A stretch of 64,000 nucleotides of DNA from Octopus sinensis (taxonomy: Eukaryota): contig NC_042997.1 in NCBI RefSeq assembly GCF_006345805.1, forward strand, positions 52,204,001 through 52,268,000, read 5' to 3'. The notes under the pieces were generated by a model. It saw only the letters and a program-made list of their open reading frames with translations, made no database searches and was not told the DNA's origin. Made by a program: the position numbers and the translations under genes. This document shows positions 38,606 through 49,689 of this stretch, piece after piece. The number at the start of each line of letters is the position of its first letter. Positions within the stretch are counted from its first letter, which is position 1.

Positions 38606-39415
38606 GTAGGAAACGAATATGAAAAAAAAAAATTTGCGCAAACGAATCTAGTTGAGAGGAGGACTTTTGGAAAATTCACAAGACCCAATTTTTCCCTCAT
38701 AACTTTCAGGAAAATGGATATATATTGCAAAAAAAAAAAAAAAACCAACACCCTCCCCTCCCAATTCTACAGTCTTGGCCTTCAAGCAGGCTATCCACAT
38801 GCTAGAAATAACAGCCAATTCTCAAATAGGCAAGACCATTTTCAGTTCCACAAACACACGATGTTTCGAGCTGGTCAAATGATTCTCTTTAATTTCAATT
38901 TGTCCCGGTATTTCTTTGCTATTTTTACTTTTCTTTTTTCAAAAGAGCTTGCTGTTATTTCTGCACTCATTTTTTGTAACTTTCAAAACAAAAAAAAAGT
39001 AACACTTTAATTTCACATGAATTACTTTGTTATATTACTGTGGGAAATTACACTGAAAGAAAGATGAGTAGATTGATTACATATTTCTTTCATTATTTTA
39101 TCGCAGTTTTGTGAGATTTGGCTGTTATTTCTAGCATGTGGATAGCCTGCTTCAAGGCTAAGGCCGTAGAATTGGAAGGGGTATTTTTTTTTTTTTAATT
39201 GAAATTTTGCAAACAATTCTTTTTCAGAGTCGGATTCTTCATAACCGAAAACGTGGGATTCTGTAAAAGAAAAATCAATATATATCCATTTTCCTGAAAG
39301 TTATGAGGGGAAAAATCGGATCTTGTGAATTTTCCGAAAGTCCCCAGGTTCGTTTGCGCAGTTTCACACTTCTTGAAAAACGTATTTTTTTGAAAAAATT
39401 CTTTCGGTTTCCTAC
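38606..39415. repeat. Imperfect inverted repeat (arms about 38606-38824 and 39112-39415); MITE/fold-back-like
   Basis: For example GCAGGCTATCCACATGCTAGAAATAACAGCC against GGCTGTTATTTCTAGCATGTGGATAGCCTGC. Confidence 0.8.
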
Positions 39416-39899
39416 GTTTTAGATGTCGGAGACTACGAATGTGCAAAAAAAAAAAAAAAAATTAATATTACCCCCTCCCCTTTCCCAATTTAAAGTTTTT
39501 GGTTTGTTTACTTTAAAGAGATCGTAGCGAATTGACGAGCATATGCAAATCGAAATTAAATACAAACAAAAACATTAAAGTGAAAAGAATTTTCATTTTA
39601 CTTGTGTTTGCCTTAAATAATCGTAAATAATAAATATAATGTAAATTAAATATATATCACATCCTCAAAAGTTTAAGAAGGAGCTCAAATTTCACCGCTC
39701 GCCCAATTTTAAATTTTGAACTTTTTCATTCATTTATTTATTTGTCTGTCCCTATCCGTTTATTCATAAAATATATTTATCAACTGTGGCGGTCCTACAG
39801 TAGTTGTTTTTAGCACCAGGAAGACATTCATATCTATCTCTTTATACACATATCTATATGCTTATTGAATTTAAAACTTTCAAAACGTGGTTTCTTGCA

Positions 39900-40315
39900 T
39901 ACTCTTTTTTACTCTTTTACTTGTTTCAGTCATTTGACTGCGGCCATGCTGGAGCACCGCCTTTAATCGAGCAAATCGACCCCAGTACTTATTCTTTTGT
40001 AAGCCCAGTACTTATTTTATCGGTCTCTTTTGCCGAACCGCTAAGTAACGGGGACATAAACACACCAGCATCGGTTGTCAAACAATGCTAGGGGGACAAA
40101 CACAGACACACAAACACATACACACACACATATATATATATATACATATATACGACAGGCTTCTTTCAGTTTCCGTCTACCAAATCCACTCACAAGGCTT
40201 TGGTCGGCCCGAGGCTATAGTAGAAGACACTTACCCAAGGTGCCACGCAGTGGGACTGAACCCGGAACCATGTGGTTGGTAAACAAGCTACTTACCACAC
40301 AGCCACTCCTGCGCC
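39900..40315 (-). mobile_element. tRNA-derived SINE family A (young, full length)
   Basis: Reverse-complement full copy. Confidence 0.9.
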
Positions 40316-40993
40316 TATCCAGAATCTCCATCATCTAAAACACAGGGGGGAAAAAATTTCGAAAAAGTTCAAAATTTTAAATGGAGTGGGGTGGGATTTT
40401 TTGGGGGGCATATTCGTAATCTCCGACATCTAAAACGTAAGAATCTGAAAAACACTTGTTAAAAAAAATGCATTTTTCAAGGAGACGTGCGAAACTGCAT
40501 TAGCCCCTCATTTTCCACACGGTCAATATAAAGGTCAATATACAGAAGTACGATCAGCAAAGACAATATTTGTTGTTTAACCCAAGGTCAGCTCTGATTG
40601 AGCAAACAAATAATTAAAAGTGCTCAAGCCGTGAGTGCATTCCATGATTTATGCAACCAGGACCATCTTGTGCAAAGTGTCCTTCCAATTTTAAATATAC
40701 ACTTATTTTAATTGACTTCGAAATAATGAAAAGCACAGTGATCCCTGAAAGGATTTGAATTCAGAACTCCTAGGTGTGGTAACAGAAAACACTATAAATA
40801 TGAAGGCGTTACTGTGGCTTTCATTCTTCATCCTTGGGAAGGAGAATTAGATGACTAAATAAACAAAACAGACATGGTCTACGACTATTTACAGCCTCTT
40901 AAAATATCTCTACAATGAATATATAGAAGTCTTATAGTATGTGCAATGTTTTCGGCAACCTTAAAAACAAATGAAATAGCCAGAATACTTTAC

Positions 40994-41069
40994 CGGTCGA
41001 AATTGGTAACTGTGTTTGTGTATTTAAAAGTGTTACAGAGCGACGTAATGACCTTAACAGCGCAGCCAT
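40994..41069 (-). CDS. MRPL18: MRPL18 coding exon 1 (MAALLRSLRRSVTLLNTQTQLPIST; mitochondrial presequence-like)
   Basis: Strong Kozak context gaagccATGG, donor G|gtaaag in phase 1 matching exon 2. The peptide is Arg/Ser/Leu-rich with no acidic residues. Confidence 0.85.
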
Positions 41070-41741
41070 GGCTTCGCTGCCCCTTTTTAAAAACACATAG
41101 GTTGTACAAAACATGAAACCGAAACCTCGGAACGAAATTAGAGATTTACTTTTCTAATTTCTATAAATTTAATGATTTGTATAAATTTAATAAGATAGAT
41201 TTATATGAATTCATAAATTTAAACTTTAATGATAATTTCCTCTTTTCGTTAATAATTGATAAAATATCACAAATCATCTATTTTTAAAAATTATCTTTGA
41301 ATTAATATAGATTAAACGGTTATTAAAATGCTAGATGTGAAAATAAGATTTTTTGTAGAGTAATCAAGTTTTTAAGGGATCGTGATGAATAAATAATTGA
41401 AGAACGTCTGAAATGAAATAATATCTGGTTTAGATCTTCATACTGCATCACTCAATTGACAAAAAATATCGTGAATGTTTTTAAAAAATAGGAGACAAAT
41501 TTTTACTGTTTGTATTTTGAAGTAAATATCAAAGTTTACTAAACTGATTATTTATAGTGGCACGAGTCGATTAAATTCTAAAATTATTTAATGTATTATA
41601 AAAATATTTTGCATTAGCCCTGTGTTAAACATTCTTCTCAAAGGAGACGTACGTATAGTTTCACCGGTTCCAAGAAGTTTACATTGAGCACGTGGATTGC
41701 GATCGACAACAATTGTGTTTTGTGAAGACAAACTGCTTACT
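41070..41741. promoter_or_regulatory. Putative bidirectional promoter/5' UTRs of MRPL18 and NLE1, with canonical E-box CACGTG at 41689-41694
   Basis: Divergent start codons are 672 bp apart. The region has no recognisable repeats and CpG is locally retained near both starts. Confidence 0.7.
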
Positions 41742-41746
41742 ATGGC
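41742..41746 (+). CDS. NLE1: NLE1 coding exon 1 (ATG GC, 5 nt)
   Basis: actATGGC|gtaagg donor. Phase 2 joins the exon 2 acceptor to give MADGDVKRIL. Confidence 0.7.
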
Positions 41747-43667
41747 GTAAGGAATCTATGACATTTTGTTCGTTCTTTAGAAACCTCTAATTATGCATTG
41801 TTGTCGTCTGTTTGAGAAAATGTTTACACTTCCATTTATCAAAACAAGTCGATGTATTACTACTTTATTTTTATATATATATACACGTGTTTCTTTGATT
41901 CATTCCTTTAATTTGATTGTACAATAATTGCCGGAATTATATACTTTTAGATCATTGAAATTAATTTTTAAGAATAATTTTAAAGACGACTTTTTACTTC
42001 AGTTTATATATATATATCATGAAATTATAACTTTACTTTGAGAAAACCGTACTAGACAACGCCAAAGTTGATACAGTTTTAACCTGTTGTGTCCTATAAA
42101 AGCTGTTTAAATAGAAAAACAAAATAAAAATCGTTTCATCCGTGACATCTGTATGTATGAATTAACACTTGTTAACGTGACACGCTAAAGTGAAATATCT
42201 TGTCTCTAGCAGTTTCCTGTGAGATTTACTTAAATTTCTAGGAGTTAAGTTTTGATTTTGATGGGATTTTTTTCTATATTGGGAAGTTGTGCGTATATTT
42301 TTTAGTAGAGATGTTTGATGACAATTGAAGTTGATAATCTACAAACATAAATATGTATAAACTATTATTTCTTCCTGAAAACAAAAGCACATGTTGATAG
42401 ATTTGATCAATTGGTTCAGCTAACGCCAAATGTCATTTTAGGAGGCTGACTTGCCTAAAGTTCCAATACTGTCGTATTAAGATGTAATGCTTATTTGAGG
42501 AATACGCTCTTCAACAATAAGGAATGATGAGTTCAAATCCCATGACATTGTACTATGTTCTTTGATAAGCACAGTACTTAATTTTGTTTCGAATGATGAA
42601 CTTCTTCGTCTATAGGGAGTTTAACATAATCTAGAGTTACCTCCCTTCTATAATTAAACTGTTAAATTTACATAGTTTAGTCATTTTAATTCAAACAGAA
42701 GTAGCATTTAAAAAAAAAAAATATTCTTTGACAAACTTATATGCGGAAACTGGTGCTAATGTTAGCTCTTCTTGAAAATTCCACATTTGCCACTTGTTAC
42801 CTGCTTTCCATTAGCCTCTTAGTAATAACTTGGCTGTAAAAAAAGTATGCTTTATTGTTCAGAAATAGTGAAATGAAATGTGCGATATCATTTTTAAAAA
42901 CGATATGTATTTTAAAGTTTGCTATTAGAATAAAGATAACATTGCTTATTTTTTTACTATTTAATGTTTTTAGATATATTTTGACTGTACTCATTAAAGT
43001 GGCTTAAATGAAATGCTTCATTTCTAGAACCAAAGTTACAATATATTTTTTTAGATACAATAATTCTTAATGTTCATAAGAAATACGATTTTACTTTTGA
43101 TCTCTGATGGAATTAATGTTACAGTATATAATTGTTTCAGGAAGATCCGCAGCAGAAGTGTTAAGACCAATCCTTCTGGTGGTGTAAAGCACTCATGGCA
43201 GTACCACATAGGAGCACTTGTGTGGTGCCATGTAAAAGCACCCAGCACACTGTACAGTGGTTGGTTTTAGGAAGGGCATCCAGCCATAGAAACCATGCCA
43301 AATCAAACTGGAGTACAGTGTTTCCCCCACCCTTTCCATCTTGCAGCTCAGGTCTCACTATTCAACCCATACCAGCTTGGACAATGGACATTAAATGATA
43401 TGATGATAAGGCAGAAGGCTTTCACTTTTGAAGGGCAGGGATTTGTCAATACCATCTATTCCAGTACTTAATTGGTACGTTATTTTAATGGCCCTCAAGG
43501 GATGAAGAACAAAGTTGACCCTAGAAGGATTTGAACTGATGATGCAAAAAGCTGGAAGAAATATCTCAAATCATTTTTCTGGCACTCTAACAATTCAGCC
43601 AATCTCTCACCCTTGTTATAGTGTATAACAAAATTAAAGTCATGTTCACAATAAAATTGAAGTGCTG

Positions 43668-43700
<33 letters not shown>

Positions 43701-43808
43701 TTAGCGTCCGCATTTCCATGCTAGCATGGGTTGGACGGGTCAACTGGGGTCTGTGAAGCTGGAAGGCTTCGTCAGGCCCAGTCAGATCTGGCAGTGTTTC
43801 TACGGCTG
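43668..43808 (-). mobile_element. RTE-clade 3' end (family B), truncated
   Basis: (CAT)n tail plus partial core. Other degenerate family B and C pieces lie at 43150-43610. Confidence 0.75.
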
Positions 43809-44500
43809 ATCAATTAATTATAAATTTTTTTTTATGTACGCGCTCAATATGCATTGAACTTTTACTTCTCCATGTTTTCTTTTCATCGAATTTATTGTAA
43901 ATAGAATAACATTTCAACGTTTAAAAGACAGGAAATCTTACGTTTAAACAGTTGACAATAGTAGTTATTTTGAATTATAATTATATAATGAAAGAGATAG
44001 TTGTAAATGGAAATGAGGGCTTTCTTACAATATTACTTTGTATTGAATGAAATTTAAAGCTTTAATGCTTTTTTAAGAATATTTTTTTTTAAATGCTACT
44101 TCTTTGAAATGAGAAAAAAAAAACTCATACTTAGCTTTAGATGGCTTTTTTAAAACATTAATACAATCATCTAAATAAATTTGACCGAGTACTAGACACA
44201 GCAGCTGAAAGCAAGTTACTTTGTATCCTAATACAACTACTGTGTCCATGGTCATGACACTGAGTTGTAAGTAGATTCCACAGGTAGTCATGCTAACTGT
44301 TCTAAACATTAAGTCCTATAAAATTGATGAATTTTTGTAGTAGTCCTCTAAGTCAATTCCTCCTTTAATTAGAGAGTTATAGCTCCTTTAACTGTAGCTA
44401 GTGGTTTAAATCTCTCATCCTAAGTCTACAATGACAGTTATCAGGACATTTTGGAGTTGTTTTTCCTTAATTTTTTTTTAATTTGGTTATTGATTATCAG

Positions 44501-44633
44501 GGATGGAGATGTGAAGAGGATTTTAACCCAGTTTAAGTCTGAAACAGGAGAAGTAACTGGTGCACCATTTGATCTACCCATCAATATCACAGTTGACAAG
44601 CTTCAGTTGATATGTAATGCTATTCTAAAACAG
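44501..44633 (+). CDS. NLE1: NLE1 exon 2 (NLE ubiquitin-like domain: DGDVKRILTQFKSETGEVTGAPFDLPINITVDKLQLICNAILKQ)
   Basis: ag/gt boundaries and a recognisable NLE domain. Confidence 0.93.
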
Positions 44634-44893
44634 GTAAGAAATAGGAAACTCAAATTCCTCATTATTATAAGATAAAATCCTTATTTTCTTATATTCTAGT
44701 ATTCTAATAGCTATATTGTTGATCTGGACAAAGTAAAAAAATTTTAAAACCATAAAGTTCTATCTGACTATAATTTGCATATCATTATCTGAAGTGTTTC
44801 TCTTGTTTGTTTTTATTTGCTTGTCTTTTTTATATATTTTTCAAATGTTTCTGTTAGTTCTGTTTATATCAATATTTTATATCTCATGTTCAG

Positions 44894-45114
44894 GAGGAGC
44901 CTGTGCCCTATGCCTTCTATATCAAAGAATCTGAAATCACAGAATCACTTGAGAACACTCTAACAAAAGATGATTTGGAAAGCAGTGAACAAGTTCTAGA
45001 AATTATTTATCAACCTCAGGCTGTGTTCCGAGTGAGGGCTGTAACTCGTTGCACAAGTAGTCTTGTTGGACATGCAGAAGCTGTGTTATCAGTATCCTTC
45101 AGTCCTGATGGAAG
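44894..45114 (+). CDS. NLE1: NLE1 exon 3 (EEPVPYAFYI...IIYQPQAVFRVRAVTRCTSSLVGHAEAVLSVSFSPDG)
   Basis: Notchless signature YQPQAVFRVRAVTRCTSS.GH.EAV. Phase 0/2. Confidence 0.95.
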
Positions 45115-45572
45115 GTTAGTGTAAAGTTATTCTTTTTCTTTAATTTGTGAAATTTAAAATTATTAAATTAAACTGAAAGATGAAATAAACAATACAGTAT
45201 TATAGTAAATACTACATTGACTACAATGAGTAAATGAATGGATGTCACTATTCATTAGTTACTAAGATATGAGGCCCATAAGACCCTTTCACCTTGTTGA
45301 GATCATGGCAACCCCTCTAGTTGTTATGATCTTATGCATCCAGTTCACTGCTGAGTGGTTGGTGCTTGAAAGGGCATTCAACCATAGAAAGTAAACAAAA
45401 ATTAAAATTTATGCATGAAAACACAGTTTAGAATATTCCAAATAAAATGTGCATCAAGATAATTTGATTTCAAATCTGATAAGAAAAAAAAATAATATTA
45501 TTACTTCAGTATTATTATTTTGCTTCTTTTTCTTCAGAATAAACAGCACGTTTATTTTTATTTATATTTCAG

Positions 45573-45652
45573 ATATTTAGCAAGTGGTTCTGGTGATACA
45601 ACAGTCAGATTCTGGGATGTTAATACTGAAACACCACAGTTTGTTGGAAAAG
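45573..45652 (+). CDS. NLE1: NLE1 exon 4 (YLASGSGDTTVRFWDVNTETPQFVGK)
   Basis: WD40 repeat, phase 2/1, canonical splice sites. Confidence 0.95.
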
Positions 45653-45877
45653 GTGGGTTTTTTTTTTTAAAGTTTTAAGAACACGAAGTATGAACTTAGG
45701 TTTTAGAATATCTTTGTTTTTTTTTTATTAACTTTTGATTAAAAGAAACTCTGTATAAAATTTGTTTCATAATTACACATTAAGATTTGGAAAGAAAAGG
45801 AAGGGGAGAAATTGTATGTGTGCATGCTCTCAATGTCAGTCAATGTTCCCCAAGCTGGCTTCTATCTTTCATAAATT

Positions 45878-45965
45878 GCTCTCTCTCTCTCTCTCTCTCT
45901 CCCTCTCCCTCTCTCTCTCCCCCTCTCTCTCCCTCTCCCTCTCTCTCTCTCTCAAACACACACAC
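45878..45965. repeat. (CT)n/(CA)n microsatellite
   Basis: Seen directly in the sequence. Confidence 0.95.
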
Positions 45966-46072
45966 AGATGCTTATTGTGAACACCAGCACTAAAGTAACT
46001 CACTTCCTTGAGGAGTTTCTGCATCTTATGTGACAACATACAAACAAACCGCTAAATTTATTATAAACATTA

Positions 46073-46530
46073 GCATCATCATTGTTTAATGTCTGTTTTC
46101 CATGCTAGCATGGATTGGACGGTTTGACATGGAGCTAGTCAGCCAGGGAACTGTCCAGGCTCCAATTGTCTGTTGTGGCATGGTTTCTATGGCTGGATGC
46201 CCTTCCTAATGCCAACCACTTTACAAAGTGTGCTGAGTGCTTTTTACATTCCACTGGAACAAGTGCATTTACACAGCACTAGCACATGTGCATTTTACGT
46301 GGCCCTGGCACCAGTAGAGGAACAAGTGATTTTACTTAGCTTGATGTGTTTTCTCAAGTACAGCAAATCGCCACAACTCCCAGTCCCTTGTCATTTCCTC
46401 AGTGACGCCCAGCATCCAAAGATTTTTTTCTTACCACTTCGTCCCACTTTTTCCTGGGTCTATCCCTTCCACAGGTTCCCTCATGGACACCCACACTAGA
46501 TAAGTTGCCCTGGATAATGTGCAGAGAGCT
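46073..46530 (-). mobile_element. RTE-clade LINE 3' fragment (family B)
   Basis: The minus strand encodes EGTCGRDRPRKKWDEVVRK, an RTE C-terminus, upstream of the family B 3' UTR. Confidence 0.75.
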
Positions 46531-46933
46531 TTCACCACTTGTCTTGAAATTTAATAACTGGGTCAGTGTAAAAAGGATAACTATGTTTATTAGAGACATC
46601 AATACAATGATGTTCTCTTCATATATTCTTTACATCGTATTAACTGTAGCATTTTCAACCTTGAAAGATAGGTAGACAAACACAGAGGGAGAGAGAGAGA
46701 TGTATAAAGTGTCTCTCATCTTCAGTATAATGTAGTTTGTGCCATGTGTAATTTGGCATTTCAGACTGCTATGTCTTATGTGTGGATTGAATCCCACAGT
46801 TTGAGATTAATAGTTCTGGAAATCATAATTATTCAGTATATTATTTTCACCTCTTTCCTTATTGAATATGAGTTTTGTTTGTAATACATTTTCAAACTAG
46901 TTTTTGTATTGTTTTCTTCTTTTGCTTTGGCAG

Positions 46934-47010
46934 TTCATAAACATTGGATATTGTGTATTGCATGGTCACCAAATGGACAGAAATTAGCTTCAGGCTGTAA
47001 AAAAAGTCAG
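46934..47010 (+). CDS. NLE1: NLE1 exon 5 (HKHWILCIAWSPNGQKLASGCKKSQ)
   Basis: WD40 repeat, phase 1/0, canonical splice sites. Confidence 0.95.
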
Positions 47011-47529
47011 GTATGATCAGTTGTTCAATACTCACAGCCATTTTGTCTAACTTATCATTATTTTACTAAAAATCAATTTTTATCTTGTCCTGATTTGAAT
47101 TGGATGATTATTTCAGACCATTTTCCCATGAGAGTTGTCATTCATTTCTGGTTATTTACATCTATACCACTCCCTTGCTAGTATAGTTTTAGTTTCTTAG
47201 TTCCTAACCATTATTATTCCTTGAATTGTATAATTTGACCAAATATCTTGTCTAATATAAATCTAAAAGAAACAATTAAATTTTATGATTTTCTCTTAAG
47301 GTGGAAAGGCAGCTCCCTTAGCCTTTTGTCAGGTCTCTAAGACTGTCGACTGAAAGATAAGAAACCATAACTCATTGTTTCCTACTGTAATGGTAAGCAG
47401 TATAAAAGGAGTTTTTCGTTAGACAGGAGACCTTGTCCACATGGCTTAGAACAGAACAGGTCCCACAAAAGGCACCCATGGGTCTGGTAGTAGTCTTAAA
47501 CCACTCAGTTGATTAATCCGTATATAAAT

Positions 47530-48010
47530 CATCATCACCATCATCATTTGATGTCTGTTTTCCATGCTGGCATGTATTAGATGGTTTGGCAGGAGCTGGC
47601 CAACCAGAGAGCTGCCCACTTCCATTTATCTGTTTTAGAATGGTTTCTACAGCTGGATGCTTTTCCTAATGGTAATCACTTTATAGAGTGTGCTGAATAC
47701 TTTTTATGTGACACCAACATGAGTGGATTTTGCATGGTGCTGGCACAAGAGTGCTTTTTATGTGGCGCTAATACAGGTGCTTTTTATGTGGCATCAATAC
47801 AGGTGCTTTTTATGTAGCCCTAGCACAGGTCGTAAAGGACTTCCCTGTATGCATGGATGGCCACAGTTTTACTTAGCTTGATGTGTCTTCTCAAGCACAG
47901 CAATTCAACATTAGTCTCAGTCCCTTATCATCTCCTCATTGAGGCCCACAATCTGGAGATCCTTTCTCACTGCCTCATCCCATGTCTTCTTGAGATTAAC
48001 CCTTCCACAA
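47530..48010 (-). mobile_element. RTE-clade LINE 3' fragment (family B, degenerate)
   Basis: Family B tail, tandem units and RTE C-terminal remnant. Confidence 0.65.
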
Positions 48011-48397
48011 ATTACCTCCACAATTAGAAGTGGAAATATAAACTAAAATTCTCTAAATATGTCAGTGTAAATTATGTCTCAAAATATGCCTGTTTAAAAG
48101 TATGTAAGAAATGCTAGATTTCAAATGTAATGTACCATTTCCAAGACAACATAAAGTTCACATTCCTTAATAGCTATAAGAGCCTAAGACTGTGCTAATA
48201 ATCCTAACCAATTTTATGTTTTTAAACTGTGACAAAGTCTATGAAAGCTGTGATCAGTTACTGCTCTCTCTATTACCAAACAAAATAGTTTTGTATATTA
48301 TTTAACTCTGAATATATACAATTTCCATTTTAAAATATGATACATATCTATTTTCTGTTTCAAACCTGATGTAATGCTTTACATTATATTTTTGTAG

Positions 48398-48495
48398 GTT
48401 GTAATATGGGACCCTGCTACAGGCAAACAAATCGGTCGGTCACTATTAGGTCATAAGCAATGGATAACGTGTTTGGCTTGGAAACCATTGCATTT
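48398..48495 (+). CDS. NLE1: NLE1 exon 6 (VVIWDPATGKQIGRSLLGHKQWITCLAWKPLH)
   Basis: WD40 repeat, phase 0/2, canonical splice sites. Confidence 0.95.
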
Positions 48496-48604
48496 GTAAG
48501 TTCATTCTCCTCTTAAATTGTTCACCAGAATTACATTTTCATAAACTAGGATTACCTCTTTCTTTGCTTATAAAACAATCACAATAATATCTTTCTTTTA
48601 TCTT

Positions 48605-49020
48605 TCACTTGTTTCAGTCATTGGACTAAGGCCATGTTGGGGCATGACCCTGAAGGGTTTAGTCAAACAAATTGCCCCCATACTTATTTTTAAACCTGGT
48701 ATCTATTGTATTAGTCTCTTATGCCAAACCACTAAGTTACGAGGACATAAACAAACCAACACTGATTGTTAAGTGGTGGTGGGGGACAAATACAAAAGCA
48801 GGCATATATATACACACACACGTACACACACACACACTCACACACACACAGAGAAACTTCTTTCAGTTTCCATCTACCAAACCCACTCAGAAGGTTTTGG
48901 TTAGCACGAGGCTTATAGAAGAAGACATTTGCCCAAAGTGCCATGCAGTGGGACTGAACTTAAGACCACATAGTTGGACAGCAAGCTTCTCAACCACACA
49001 CCCTCATCTGCACCTATAGC
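48605..49020 (-). mobile_element. tRNA-derived SINE family A (degenerate)
   Basis: Reverse-complement copy. Confidence 0.7.
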
Positions 49021-49154
49021 TTGATTGATTTTTTTTGTTTGTTTATCTTCTGGTTTGCAATAATAAATCTTACTATGGGCAATATGCAGCTGCAACAGCA
49101 GCAGCAGTAGTATTAGTAATAGTAGTATTACCCCTGTGTTGCTGCTTTGCATAT

Positions 49155-49385
49155 CATCATCATCATCATCATTGTCGTTTAACGTCCGCTTTCTACGCTG
49201 GCATGGGTTGGACGATTTGACTGAGGACTGGTAAACCAGATGGCTGCACCAGGCTCCAATTTTGATTTGGCAGAGTTTCTACAGCTGGATGCCCTTCCTA
49301 ATGCCAACCACTCCGAGGGTGTAGTGGGTGCTTTTACATTCCACCAGCATTAGGGCCAGTTAGGTGGTATTTGCAACGGTCACGG
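49155..49385 (-). mobile_element. RTE-clade 3' end (family B)
   Basis: (CAT)n tail and core. Confidence 0.8.
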
Positions 49386-49689
49386 AAAATCATATTTTTT
49401 TTGTATTTATATAATATAAGACATCCCATTACAGGAACTATATGCATTGAATTAGGCTGTGTTGGTGATTGTACACCTTGCATGTCTAAATGATTTTGCA
49501 GCTTTAGCTTTGTATTTTTATTTGATTTGGATCATTTTATGTACCCATGAAACCCATTATGATTCAGAGAGATGGTGTCAAAGGACTATAATTATGTAAG
49601 CATAGTGTAATAGATGTACAGTTACATAAAGAGATTATATATACTGAGACTGAATTTTGTGATAAAACTGAGCATCCTAACATTCTGCT

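Noticed and set aside
38534-39010. 158 aa plus-strand ORF
   Set aside because: It runs through an inverted repeat and poly-A tracts, has no recognisable domain and is antisense within an intron.
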